Positions 21,139-30,893 of a stretch of DNA of 64,000 bases are shown piece by piece. Numbering within the stretch: position 1 is the first letter of the stretch; every line of letters starts with the position of its first letter. Location of the stretch: positions 13,828-77,827 of the forward strand of contig NZ_JBPFDU010000074.1 in assembly GCF_051062815.1 (NCBI RefSeq), read 5' to 3'. Origin of the DNA: Methylocystis sp. (GTDB lineage: Bacteria > Pseudomonadota > Alphaproteobacteria > Rhizobiales > Beijerinckiaceae). Under the pieces are notes generated by a model. The model was not told the origin of the DNA. It ran no database searches and saw only the letters and a list, made by a program, of their open reading frames with translations. The translations under genes were made by a program, and so were the position numbers.

Positions 21139-21756
21139 TTAGCGCGAATAGAACTCGATGACGAGGTTCGGCTCCATCTGCACGGGGTAGGGCACCTCCG
21201 TCGCATGCGGCACCCGGATGAGCTTCGCGGTCATCTTGGAGTGGTCGACGTCGTAATATTCCGGCGCGTCGCGCTCGGCGAGCTGAACCGCCTCGAGCAC
21301 GGTCACGGCCTGTTTCGAGGCTTCCTTCACCTCGATCACGTCGCCGACCTTCACCTGATAAGATGGAATGTTGACGCGCTTGCCGTTGACGCGGATGTGG
21401 CCGTGATTGACGAATTGGCGCGCGGCGAAAACCGTCGGAACGAATTTCGCGCGATAGACGATCGCGTCAAGGCGCCGCTCCAAAAGGCCGATCAGATTAT
21501 CGCCCGAGTCGCCCTTTAATCGGATCGCTTCCGCATAATATTTGCGAAACTGCTTTTCGGAGATATTGCCGTAGTAGCCCTTGAGCTTCTGCTTGGCTTT
21601 GAGCTGGGTGCCATAGTCGGAGAGCTTGCCCTTGCGCCGCTGTCCGTGCTGTCCGGGGCCATATTCGCGGCGATTGACGGGGCTCTTCGGCCGGCCCCAG
21701 ATGTTCTGGCCCAGGCGGCGGTCGAGCTTATATTTTGATTCTGCGCGCTTCGTCAC
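21139..21756 (-). CDS. rpsD: 30S ribosomal protein S4
   Basis: [37 protein letters not shown]. Confidence 0.98.
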   Translation of the reverse strand: MTKRAESKYKLDRRLGQNIWGRPKSPVNRREYGPGQHGQRRKGKLSDYGTQLKAKQKLKGYYGNISEKQFRKYYAEAIRLKGDSGDNLIGLLERRLDAIVYRAKFVPTVFAARQFVNHGHIRVNGKRVNIPSYQVKVGDVIEVKEASKQAVTVLEAVQLAERDAPEYYDVDHSKMTAKLIRVPHATEVPYPVQMEPNLVIEFYSR

Positions 21757-22036
21757 TTTGACTCTCGTCCTCTCATGGTCGCGTTTGAGGCGTGCGAGAG
21801 GCGAAAGACGAAATGCGTCCGGAGCGTTGCGCTCGGACGTCGTCCAGATTCGCGTCTCTCGCCGCCCCCGGCCAGCGCCGGGGCTTCAAGAACGCGCCCT
21901 CCTCTGCCGTCAACCGGCCGACAGGCGTTTGCAGCAAACGCCACGGGTGCTGGCCTGGCGCGAACGGGCCGCGTCAGGCTCGTGGGGAGCTAAAGGAAAG
22001 CGCTCCCTAAGTCAAGATTTCTTGAGAAAAGCCGAC

Positions 22037-22375
22037 TTACGGCCACCAGAACGGGAAACCCTCATCGTAGGGCACGATCATGCTCGCGTTATAGGGCGGC
22101 CGCTGCGGAAGCGTCTCCTGCATATACCAGCTGCGCTGGTTGCGCTCGATCGGATCGTGATTGAGGTAGGTCTGCTGCACCATGTAGCGGTTGGTGCTGC
22201 CGACCGGCACCTGGGTGCCGGGATCGAGCCAGCTGCGGCGCTGGATGTCGATCGGACCGCGGGCGCAACAAGCATCGCTCGAGGATACGCGATAGCGGGA
22301 CTTGGCGAGCGCATCGCCCGCCGCGAACAACACCAGACAGGCGAGCCCCGCCGACAGCACTTTATTCCTGCGCAT
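22037..22375 (-). CDS. Small secreted hypothetical protein
   Basis: MRRNKVLSAGLACLVLFAAGDALA signal peptide; start trimmed to ATG 22375. Confidence 0.6.
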   Translation of the reverse strand: MRRNKVLSAGLACLVLFAAGDALAKSRYRVSSSDACCARGPIDIQRRSWLDPGTQVPVGSTNRYMVQQTYLNHDPIERNQRSWYMQETLPQRPPYNASMIVPYDEGFPFWWP

Positions 22376-22490
22376 CACGATCCCCTTTTGGACTGAACGC
22401 CGTAGATCATAATAGCGGATCGTTTCGCAAAAGCGAATTAAAGCGGGCTTATCCCGCCAGCAATCCGTCGTCAGGGTGAATGCGGAGCGC

Positions 22491-23426
22491 CTAGCGCGTG
22501 ATCTGTGCGCCTTGGCGCGATGGCCGCGCATGCGCGCGGCGCGCGCCCTGCGTTGGACGCGCGGCGTTCTTTTGCGCTGGGATGGTCGCGGTCAGGTCGT
22601 CGCGCGAGATGTCGCCGCAGCCAATGGCGCGCGTCGACGCCGCTTGTGCGAAGAAGTCGTTCAGCGCCGGATTATCCGGACTCGCCGTGTAGTTGATGCG
22701 GTCGAGCAGGCAGCCGAGCGCGACCCGGTCGATCGGTTTCGCCGATTCGCCGCAGGCCAGTCCGGCGATTTCGAGGGCGAGCTTCCCATCGATGAAACGC
22801 GCCGCAATGCAGCTTCGTTCGCTCGCCACGACGCCCTCGGATGCGGTTTGCGAGAGCCGTATTTCGGCCGTCTCAAACGCCCCGAATTTGGTGATGAGCG
22901 CGCTCGGCTGGCCGATCTTCGCGACGTTAAGGCCGGCCTGGACGGCGTGTCGGGCCATGTCGAGGAAGAAATCGGACGTCTTTTCCTTGTCGATGATATC
23001 CTGATGAATATCGACGCGCATGAATGGCGCGCCCATTGCGAATTGCCCGATGGCGATCGTGTCGATACGGCCAGAGCCGTTCTCGCTGTCGCGCACGGCG
23101 ATCGTTTTTTTCTCCCGGTCGAATTCCGGCGCGGCGATGTCGAATGCGCTGAAGGGCTTCGCCATCAGCGCCGAAGCCTCGATGGCTTCGACGGAAATTT
23201 TGGTGGAAATCTTGCGCGAGGGTGCGACAGGGACGCGCGGTTGCTCGACGTTCGCCGCGACTTTCGGTTCCGCGATCCTGGGTCCGCGCGGAAGAAGGAC
23301 GAGCGCGGCGAAGAGAATGAGCGTCGCGCCGACGCCCATTCCGATCGCTGCGCGGACGCCCGCCGGGCGGGCGCGCAGCGGCTGCGCATAACGCCTGTAG
23401 TTGGGGTCCAGTTCGGCAACGCTCAT
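22491..23426 (-). CDS. Hypothetical single-TM periplasmic protein
   Basis: One hydrophobic anchor (GVGATLILFAALVLL) then a soluble domain with four Cys; start trimmed to ATG 23426. Confidence 0.6.
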   Translation of the reverse strand: MSVAELDPNYRRYAQPLRARPAGVRAAIGMGVGATLILFAALVLLPRGPRIAEPKVAANVEQPRVPVAPSRKISTKISVEAIEASALMAKPFSAFDIAAPEFDREKKTIAVRDSENGSGRIDTIAIGQFAMGAPFMRVDIHQDIIDKEKTSDFFLDMARHAVQAGLNVAKIGQPSALITKFGAFETAEIRLSQTASEGVVASERSCIAARFIDGKLALEIAGLACGESAKPIDRVALGCLLDRINYTASPDNPALNDFFAQAASTRAIGCGDISRDDLTATIPAQKNAARPTQGARRAHARPSRQGAQITR

Positions 23427-23560
23427 GAGACGCGACTCCGGCGGCCCGCGGCGGCCGCGGGCGGAAAACGCGCCGAGTTTGCGCAGTTGTTTCAAAAGTT
23501 AGCGTTAACGGCCCGGCGCGAATTGAGGCATGGTGAATGAAAGGTTTACGCGACGCGCAG

Positions 23561-23590
23561 AGAAAAGCCCGCGCCTTGAGGGCGCGGGCC
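23561..23590 (-). terminator. Intrinsic terminator of rpsA
   Basis: GCCCGCGCC/GGCGCGGGC stem followed by TTTTCT on the minus strand. Confidence 0.8.
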
Positions 23591-23613
23591 TGAAACTGGT
23601 GGTGAAGGAGATC

Positions 23614-25359
23614 TTACTCCTCTTCGTCCTTCTTGGCTTTCTTGGGCGTCTCTTCGCGGGCCTTGAGCGCCGCGCCAAGAATATCGCCGAGCGACGCGCC
23701 GGAGTCGGCCGAGCCATATTGCGCGATGGCCTCCTTCTCTTCGGCGACTTCGAGCGCCTTGATCGAGACGGAGACCTTGCGGGCCTTGCGGTCGAACAGC
23801 GTCACGCGGGCGTCGACCTTCTCGCCGACGGCGAACCGTTCAGGGCGCTGGTCGGCGCGGTCGCGAGCGAGTTCGCTGCGCTTGATGAAGGTGGAGAGAT
23901 CGGTGCCGGCGATCTTCACGTCGATGCCGGACTCCTTCACCTCGATCACTTCGCAGGTGACGACGAGGCCCTTTCTGAGCTCGCCGCCTTCTTCGGCGCT
24001 GACGGAAGCGAACGGATCGCCCGCAAGCTGCTTGACGCCCAGTGAAATGCGCTCCTTCTCGACGTCGACGTCGAGGACCTGGGCGTTGATCGTGTCGCCC
24101 TTCTTATACTCCTCGATGACCTGCTCGCCGGGACGGTTCCAGTCGAGATCCGACAGATGGACCATGCCGTCCACGTCGCCGTCGAGGCCGATGAAGAGTC
24201 CGAACTCGGTCTTGTTCTTCACTTCGCCAGAGACGGTCGAGCCGACCGGATGCTTCTCGGCGAAGGCCTCCCACGGATTCTGCAGGCACTGCTTGAGGCC
24301 CAGCGAGATTCGGCGTTTGACCGGATCGACTTCGAGCACCTGAACGTCGACTTCCTGGCTCGTCGAGACGATCTTGCCGGGATGGACGTTCTTTTTCGTC
24401 CAGCTCATTTCCGAGACGTGGACGAGGCCTTCGATGCCAGGCTCCAGTTCGACGAAAGCGCCGTAGTCGGTGATGTTTGTCACGCGGCCGTGGAATCTGG
24501 CGCTGATCGGATATTTCGCCTCGATGCCCTGCCAGGGATCCTCGAGCAGCTGCTTCATGCCGAGCGAGATGCGGTGCGTCTCGTGATTGATCTTGATGAT
24601 CTTCACCTTGACGGTCTGACCGATGGTCAGCACCTCGGACGGGTGATTGACGCGCCGCCAGGCGATATCGGTGACATGCAGCAGACCGTCAATGCCGCCG
24701 AGATCCACGAAGGCGCCGTAGTCGGTGATGTTCTTCACGACGCCGTCGATCACCTGTCCCTCTTCGAGGTTGGCGACGATCTCGTGGCGCTGCTCGGCGC
24801 GGCTCTCTTCGAGCACGGTGCGGCGCGAGACGACGATATTGCCGCGCCGGCGGTCCATCTTCAGGATGTGGAACGGCTGCGGGACGTTCATCAGCGGGCC
24901 GACGTCGCGGATCGGTCGGATGTCGACCTGGCTGCGCGGCAGAAAGGCCACGGCGCCGTCGAGGTCGACGGTGAAGCCGCCCTTGACCTGATTGAAGATG
25001 ACGCCCTCGACCTTTTCATTGGTCTCGAAGGCCTTTTCGAGCTTGACCCAGCTCTCTTCGCGCCGCGCCTTGTCGCGCGAAATGACGGCTTCGCCGAGCG
25101 CGTTCTCGACGCGCTCCAGATAGACTTCGACCTCTTCGCCCACTTGGGGAGCGGGGTCGCGGCCATAGCCGGTGAATTCCTTGATGGCGACGCGGCCCTC
25201 GGTCTTGAGGCCGATGTCGATGACGGCGACATCCTTTTCGATGGCGACGACGCGGCCCTTGATGACGGAGCCTTCGAAGGCCTCGTTCTGGCCATAGCTC
25301 TCATCAAGCAGAGCGGCGAAATCTTCGCGCGTAGGCGCGCGATCGGTCGTGGCGGACAT
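23614..25359 (-). CDS. rpsA: 30S ribosomal protein S1
   Basis: Repeated S1 domains (ITDYGAFVDLGG, GLVHVSEMSW, RISLGLKQ). Confidence 0.98.
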   Translation of the reverse strand: MSATTDRAPTREDFAALLDESYGQNEAFEGSVIKGRVVAIEKDVAVIDIGLKTEGRVAIKEFTGYGRDPAPQVGEEVEVYLERVENALGEAVISRDKARREESWVKLEKAFETNEKVEGVIFNQVKGGFTVDLDGAVAFLPRSQVDIRPIRDVGPLMNVPQPFHILKMDRRRGNIVVSRRTVLEESRAEQRHEIVANLEEGQVIDGVVKNITDYGAFVDLGGIDGLLHVTDIAWRRVNHPSEVLTIGQTVKVKIIKINHETHRISLGMKQLLEDPWQGIEAKYPISARFHGRVTNITDYGAFVELEPGIEGLVHVSEMSWTKKNVHPGKIVSTSQEVDVQVLEVDPVKRRISLGLKQCLQNPWEAFAEKHPVGSTVSGEVKNKTEFGLFIGLDGDVDGMVHLSDLDWNRPGEQVIEEYKKGDTINAQVLDVDVEKERISLGVKQLAGDPFASVSAEEGGELRKGLVVTCEVIEVKESGIDVKIAGTDLSTFIKRSELARDRADQRPERFAVGEKVDARVTLFDRKARKVSVSIKALEVAEEKEAIAQYGSADSGASLGDILGAALKAREETPKKAKKDEEE

Positions 25360-25622
25360 TTGTTCTCCCGAGAGCCCAGAGAGGGCGGCGCCGGCAAGGG
25401 TTAGCGTTGCAGATCGGCTTTCGGCGATCGGACGTCCCCCGCGGCTAAAACGCGAGGCTGGACGAAAAGTTCGCTAAGCGAACTGCCGGCGCGGCCCGAT
25501 GTCGAAAACCAAAGCGAATGCCCCGGCTTGGTTACCGAGGCGGGGCCTATCTACCAGCGGCGCGCCGCCGTCGCAAGCGCGCCGAAAAGAAAAGAGTCGA
25601 CGCAGCCTGCGCAAAGCTATGA

Positions 25623-25637
25623 TATTGCACTGCAATA
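25623..25637. promoter_or_regulatory. Perfect 7-1-7 palindrome in an AT-rich island (candidate operator)
   Basis: TATTGCA-C-TGCAATA. Confidence 0.4.
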
Positions 25638-25916
25638 AGTTAACAATATACTGTTTTAATATAATAATCATAATGCAAAAGGGCTCGTTTGTTGGCGAAT
25701 TTCTCGCTAGCGGAATCGCAGCCGCACGCATAGTCTGCGTCCTACTGCCACGCTTCGGCGCGCCGCCAAGCGTCAGCGCCGGCGCGCCCGCCGCCCGGAG
25801 CAACATTGGCGCGCCGGGCCGCTTGGCCGAAGCCCAGTAGAACTTCGCTTTCGCCGTCCAGACGGCGAGAGCGTCGACTTCCCGTCGTTGCGACGGGGAT
25901 ATAAAGAGGAGAAGAG

Positions 25917-26147
25917 ATGAAGACGAATATTATTTCAGGTTCGGCTCTCGCCGCCGCCGCCGTCGCCCTTGCTCTGAGCGGCGCATCGGTTGCGCCCGCC
26001 CACGCGCATTCCGCGAAGTCGACCCACGCGAAGACCCATTGCGGGGCCAAGGGAACATGCCGCGGCATGGCCAAGTGCCACCACAAGGCGCAGTGTCACC
26101 ATCACAAGGGTCGCTGCAACATGAAGAGCCGCTGCCACAGCAAGTAA
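25917..26147 (+). CDS. Secreted Cys/His-rich RiPP precursor (bufferin BufA2-like)
   Basis: SD GAGGAG; Sec signal ending AHA; core with 6 Cys (C42,48,54,60,67,73) and 9 His; directly upstream of the MNIO gene. Confidence 0.8.
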   Translation: MKTNIISGSALAAAAVALALSGASVAPAHAHSAKSTHAKTHCGAKGTCRGMAKCHHKAQCHHHKGRCNMKSRCHSK

Positions 26148-26237
26148 TCGGCTTGCGCGGGGGCGGCGCCTACAGCCGTCCCCGCCACGCTGATGCGGCT
26201 CCGGCATGAGCGGCGATGCCTGAGAGGGGAACACGTC

Positions 26238-27083
26238 ATGGAAAAACCCGCGCCGCTTGGCTACGGCTTGGGTCTGCGGCCAATCTATTATGAAGAGATC
26301 CTGTCGTCGCGCCCGCCGATCGACTGGTTCGAAATCATTTCTGAAAACTACATGCTCGCCGGCGGCCGGCCGCTGGCGATGTTGGAGCGGATACGCGCCG
26401 ATTATCCCGTCGTCATGCATGGCGTCTCGATGTCGCTTGCGTCAACCGACCCGCTCAACTTCGACTATTTGCGGCAGTTGAAGGCGCTTGCTGAACGTGT
26501 CCAGCCGGCATGGGTTTCAGATCACATCGCCTGGACAGGCGTTCATGGCGTGACGCTTCACGATCTGCTGCCGATTCCCTACACGCGCGAGTCGCTCGCG
26601 CATGTCGTCGAGCGCATCCAACGGGTGCAGGACTTTCTCAAGCGCCGGCTGGTCGTTGAGAACGCCTCGACCTACGTGTCCTTTGTCGATTCCGAGATGA
26701 GCGAACACGAGTTCGTTCGCGAAATGGCCGAGCGCGCCGATTGCCTGTTGCTGCTCGACGTCAACAATGTTTTCGTTTCGAGCTTCAACCACGGCTTCGA
26801 TCCCGTCGCCTTCATCGATGGCGTTCCGGCTGAGCGCGTCGTGCAATTTCACATGGCGGGTCATACCAACAATGAGACTCATCGCGTCGACACACACGAC
26901 CAGCCGGTCTGTGACGAGGTCTGGGCGCTGTACGAGCACGCGCGTCGTCGCTGCGGCGACGTCTCCGCCATGATCGAGCGCGATGACAATTATCCGCCGC
27001 TTGCGGAGCTTTTGGACGAACTCCAGAATATGCGTGATATCGACGCCCGTATCTCAAAAGTGCAAGCGCTCAGCGCGGCATGA
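26238..27083 (+). CDS. DUF692 multinuclear non-heme iron oxidative enzyme (MNIO; BufB/MbnB superfamily)
   Basis: GLGLR, FEIISENY, HGVSMSL, VSDHIAW, VENAS, LDVNN, FHMAGH, DTHD, IERDDN; start trimmed to ATG 26238. Confidence 0.92.
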   Translation: MEKPAPLGYGLGLRPIYYEEILSSRPPIDWFEIISENYMLAGGRPLAMLERIRADYPVVMHGVSMSLASTDPLNFDYLRQLKALAERVQPAWVSDHIAWTGVHGVTLHDLLPIPYTRESLAHVVERIQRVQDFLKRRLVVENASTYVSFVDSEMSEHEFVREMAERADCLLLLDVNNVFVSSFNHGFDPVAFIDGVPAERVVQFHMAGHTNNETHRVDTHDQPVCDEVWALYEHARRRCGDVSAMIERDDNYPPLAELLDELQNMRDIDARISKVQALSAA

Positions 27084-27919
27084 AACTCGCCGATTTTCAG
27101 TCTCTGTTTCAGCAGCGCGTGCTGGCCGGCTCTGGAGAGGCGGACAAGCCTCTTCTGAAAAAATTGAGGCCGTCGCCGCGCGGCGCCACGCCAGAGACGC
27201 TGCTGGACGTCTATCAGACCGGCTACCGCATTCGACTGGCGGACTTTGTCTCGCAGGATCACCCGGGGCTGCGCGCGATTCTCGGAGACGAGGCGTTTGA
27301 CGCGCTGGTCCACGACTACATCGACCAATGTCCGTCGCGCGATCCGAACGCCCGCTGGTTTACGACCGGACTGCCGGACTTCATGCGCGAGAATGCGCGC
27401 TGGCGCGACGATGGCGCGGCCGTGTCCATGGCGCTGTTTGAGCGCGCCATGGTCGACGCCTTCGACTCCGCTGACGAAACGCCGGTGACGGTGCAGGCGC
27501 TGGCGGGATTTGCGCCCGACGATTGGGCGCGGCTCGCTTTCGAATTCGACCCGAGCCTCACGCTGCTCGAACTCGTCGCTGGCACGATCGAGGCCTATAG
27601 CGCGGCGATCAGCGAGGAGGCGCCGGCGAAAGTCGATAAGCCCGCGGCGGGCGATCACATCGAATATGCCGCCGTATGGCGCGTCGATCATGAATCCGCC
27701 TATCGCCAGCTCGAGCCCGACGAATATGTCGCGCTGTCCGAAGCGCGCGCCGGCCACGCCTTCGGCGACATTTGTCAGATGACCGCCTTTCAGCAGGCGG
27801 GCGAGATTGCGCCGGAGCGGCTGGCGCAATCGCTGTCGAGCTGGTTTGAGGACGGCATGATTATCGGCGTGCGCGTCCGCGGGGACGATCAGTCTTCGAA
27901 TACGCCTTCAAGCGCGTAG
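27080..27919 (+). CDS. DUF2063-type MNIO partner protein (BufC/HvfC-like)
   Basis: LADFQxLF, LDVYQTGYRIRL, DHPGLRAILGDEAF, MALFERA; ATGA overlap with the MNIO gene. Confidence 0.85.
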   Translation: MKLADFQSLFQQRVLAGSGEADKPLLKKLRPSPRGATPETLLDVYQTGYRIRLADFVSQDHPGLRAILGDEAFDALVHDYIDQCPSRDPNARWFTTGLPDFMRENARWRDDGAAVSMALFERAMVDAFDSADETPVTVQALAGFAPDDWARLAFEFDPSLTLLELVAGTIEAYSAAISEEAPAKVDKPAAGDHIEYAAVWRVDHESAYRQLEPDEYVALSEARAGHAFGDICQMTAFQQAGEIAPERLAQSLSSWFEDGMIIGVRVRGDDQSSNTPSSA

Positions 27920-28431
27920 TGCTGGACGCTCTTGCGGTTGGCGATGAGTTCGTCGGCCGTCGGCTCGCCCTTCATGGCGCGAGAGATCGCGAGCTTCGTC
28001 GCTTGGTAATTGGTGCGATAGAGGTCTTTCTTGTCGAGTTCCGCATGGGTGGCGCAACGCGGATCGAGCCAGACCATGATGATCATGCACAGGTCGTTGA
28101 GCTGATCCTTCGGGAGAATTCCTTCGGCGACGCAGTCGACGATGGCGTCGCCGGTCGCCGCTTGCACCACGCCGCCAAGAAGCTCGACGTAATCTTCCGA
28201 TTTGACCGTCATTTTGGTGGTCATCATCGTCGACGGCCGCACCTGCTGGTTGAGGTCGCGGATGACGAACATGCGCGGATGGCCGGCGACCTGACCCGCC
28301 ATGCTGGCGAAGGCGTGCCCGACCGGTCCCTTGACATTGCCGATCATGACTTCCGGCATGGCGTCGGTATATTGTCCGTCCGCGGCCAGAACCGTCGCTT
28401 CGCCCGTCGCCAGCCAGATATGCTCGGTCAT
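27889..28431 (-). CDS. Formaldehyde-activating enzyme homolog (Fae2/3-type)
   Basis: GEATV, GPVGHAF, QVRPSTMM, QAATGDAIVDCVAEGILP, NYQATKLAISRAM; start trimmed to ATG 28431. Confidence 0.85.
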   Translation of the reverse strand: MTEHIWLATGEATVLAADGQYTDAMPEVMIGNVKGPVGHAFASMAGQVAGHPRMFVIRDLNQQVRPSTMMTTKMTVKSEDYVELLGGVVQAATGDAIVDCVAEGILPKDQLNDLCMIIMVWLDPRCATHAELDKKDLYRTNYQATKLAISRAMKGEPTADELIANRKSVQHYALEGVFED

Positions 28432-28544
28432 TTTCCATCCCCTGCAATGAAGTGGCTGGGAAATAGCATTGAGGCGGGCAGTAGGGAAGGCCAAGTGCGG
28501 CGCGCTCTTGGCGCGGACAGAGCAAAAGTCGATTTGGGAAAGAT

Positions 28545-29378
28545 GTGAATATAGTGGTATTTTTGCGAGACGTCGGATCGTTTGTGCGCTCAGTGGCCAT
28601 CGCCTTGCTGGCTGCGGCCGCGCCAATGTTCGGATTTTATTTTCTTCTGACAAGCCAGCTGGCGCCCGTTCGCGAACCTCTCTGGAGTTTGCCGACGATC
28701 TTCATTCCGGCTGTTTATTGCTGCCTTTGGCTCTTGAGGCGCGAACGCAGTTTCCGCTCGGCGAGCTTTGCTCTAAAACTGACATTGGTTCACGCTGCCG
28801 CGATGCTGGCGCTTCTGGCGCTCGGTTGGTGGCGGAACGTCGCGGTCGCGGCTCTGTTCTTTGACAGCCTGCTCCTTTTTGCGCTGCTTGGCCCTGTCAC
28901 TGAGAAACGAGAATCATCGGAGCGCTACGCTTTCTCGAAAGCCACTATCTTTTGGATCGGAACTATTCTCGCTATTTTTTTGCCGCTCGGCTTTCTCAAT
29001 TCGGTCGTCGTTGTTTTTCGCGCCGAGCAACTGGCTGGAGAGCGACCCTATTGCATCCAATATGCAAACGACGCAGACCGCAGTCCTCGATACGATTCAG
29101 TGCGCAGCGTCTTTGATCTCTCGATTTTCAGGTTGCTAAACAGATCCAGCGGCGGGGGCAATACCGGCGTGACGTTTGAATGGAAGCACCATGGCCTGCT
29201 CGCGCTTGATGATGACGTTCGTCGCTACTACAACTGGTCTTATGCTTATGAGGAATTTCGTGATGAGGTTGTCAATCGCGGGTTGTTCGATAACGACGTT
29301 TTCCGACCCGAAATAGTTTGTCGCGTTGAACCTCATTTCGCGATGAAACTTCCGCTCTGGAGTGGATCGCGCGATTAA
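28545..29378 (+). CDS. Hypothetical membrane protein, AT-richer than flanks
   Basis: 277 aa; about 5 hydrophobic segments then a soluble C-terminal domain. Confidence 0.6.
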   Translation: MNIVVFLRDVGSFVRSVAIALLAAAAPMFGFYFLLTSQLAPVREPLWSLPTIFIPAVYCCLWLLRRERSFRSASFALKLTLVHAAAMLALLALGWWRNVAVAALFFDSLLLFALLGPVTEKRESSERYAFSKATIFWIGTILAIFLPLGFLNSVVVVFRAEQLAGERPYCIQYANDADRSPRYDSVRSVFDLSIFRLLNRSSGGGNTGVTFEWKHHGLLALDDDVRRYYNWSYAYEEFRDEVVNRGLFDNDVFRPEIVCRVEPHFAMKLPLWSGSRD

Positions 29379-29450
29379 TGGACACTTTGTTCCAGCATAG
29401 CTGAGCAGTCCCCACTCAGGGCGCGTGCGCGACGGTTTCGCTGGTTTGTG

Positions 29451-30521
29451 TCACGGTATTGACGCACTCGCGAACGCCACCGCATTTCTGCCCACCATCG
29501 TCGAAAGCACCGGTTTTTCGTTCGCAAGTTGTTCCGCCAACCCGCGCTTGATGCGCGTGACCAGCCCTGGCCCTTCATAAACCAACGCGGAATAAAGCTG
29601 CACGAGCGTCGCGCCCGCTTCGATCTTGGCGAGCGCCGCATCGGCGCTGTCGACGCCGCCGACGCCGATCAGCGGGAACTGTCCTTCAACGCGCAAAAAT
29701 GTTTGCGCGAGCATGCGCGTCGAGAGATCGAACAAAGGCGCGCCGGAGAGGCCGCCGCTCTGCTTCGCAAATGGCGAGCGCAGCGTCGGGGGCCGCGAAA
29801 TCGTCGTGTTCGACACAATCATGCCGTCGATGGGCTGATCGCGTGCGACGCGCACGATGGCGTCGAGCTGTTCGAGCGTGAGATCGGGCGCGATTTTGAG
29901 GAGCAGGGGACGCCGAATGGGCGCCGCGTCGCGCGCCTCGATGACGCGCGCGAGGAGATCGGACAGCGCTTCCGGCTCCTGAAGATCGCGCAGGCCGGGC
30001 GTATTGGGCGAACTTACATTGATCGTGAAATAGCTCGCGACGTCGGCGAAGGCATGCACGCCCGCGACATAGTCGGCGACGCGATCGCCAGCGTCCTTGT
30101 TGGCGCCGATGTTGACGCCGACGATTCCTCGCCGCGCGCGCTTCGACAGGCGCGCCAACGCCGGCGCATGGCCTTCATTGTTGAAGCCGTAGCGATTGAT
30201 GACGGCGCGATCCTCGATGAGTCGAAAGGCGCGGGGACGCGGATTGCCGGGCTGCGCGCGCGGCGTCAGCGTGCCGACTTCGACGAAGCCGAACCCCAAA
30301 CCGAGCATCGCGTCTGGGACTTCGGCATTTTTGTCGAAGCCTGCCGCGAGGCCGATCGGATTGGGAAAGTCGAGCCCGAAGGCGTGGACCGCGAGACGCG
30401 GATCATTCGTCGGCGGCGCGCGACGGGGCAGCAGTTTCAGCGCCGCAATCGTCGCATGATGCGCCGTTTCAGCGTCGAGCAGACGCAAAAGCGGCGATGC
30501 GATCGCGAAGGCGTCCGTCAT
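29451..30521 (-). CDS. pyrD: Dihydroorotate dehydrogenase (quinone)
   Basis: [37 protein letters not shown]; ATG 30521 overlaps the DUF952 stop. Confidence 0.96.
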   Translation of the reverse strand: MTDAFAIASPLLRLLDAETAHHATIAALKLLPRRAPPTNDPRLAVHAFGLDFPNPIGLAAGFDKNAEVPDAMLGLGFGFVEVGTLTPRAQPGNPRPRAFRLIEDRAVINRYGFNNEGHAPALARLSKRARRGIVGVNIGANKDAGDRVADYVAGVHAFADVASYFTINVSSPNTPGLRDLQEPEALSDLLARVIEARDAAPIRRPLLLKIAPDLTLEQLDAIVRVARDQPIDGMIVSNTTISRPPTLRSPFAKQSGGLSGAPLFDLSTRMLAQTFLRVEGQFPLIGVGGVDSADAALAKIEAGATLVQLYSALVYEGPGLVTRIKRGLAEQLANEKPVLSTMVGRNAVAFASASIP

Positions 30522-30862
30522 TCCAGGACGGCCGAAAAATCGTGCCGGCCGTTCGCGCCTAAGGGCAGCGGATGGACGCGCGCAACCGACTCGAGAGGAA
30601 GCGGCGCATAAAGATGCGGGAAGGGCGCGCCGCCGCGCGAAACCTCCCATCTGAGCGCCTCGCCGAGCGCGGCGGCGTTCACCGCGACGAGCAGCAGATC
30701 AGTTTGGCCGGCGAAATATTTCGCCGCTGTTTCCTCGACCTGATCCGCGGCCGAAAAATGAATGAAGCCGTCGGCGAGGTCGACCGCCGCGCCGCTAAAG
30801 ACGCCCGCCGCCTCCGCCGCGCGCCACTCGGATTGCGAAACGATTTTGTAGATATGAGTCAC
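30518..30862 (-). CDS. DUF952 family protein
   Basis: [23 protein letters not shown]; usual upstream partner of pyrD. Confidence 0.88.
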   Translation of the reverse strand: MTHIYKIVSQSEWRAAEAAGVFSGAAVDLADGFIHFSAADQVEETAAKYFAGQTDLLLVAVNAAALGEALRWEVSRGGAPFPHLYAPLPLESVARVHPLPLGANGRHDFSAVLE

Positions 30863-30893
30863 CGGCCCACCAGCCTTTGCTCCACGCGCCGAG

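Noticed and set aside
25499-25840. ORF upstream of the RiPP precursor as a possible leader peptide
   Set aside because: It crosses the AT-rich regulatory island, has no SD, no RAPP or Cys motif arrangement and no recognisable family.
25917-27919. Methanobactin gene cluster
   Set aside because: The precursor has a Sec signal rather than an MbnA leader, the partner is DUF2063-type rather than MbnC, and no MbnT/M/N genes are adjacent.
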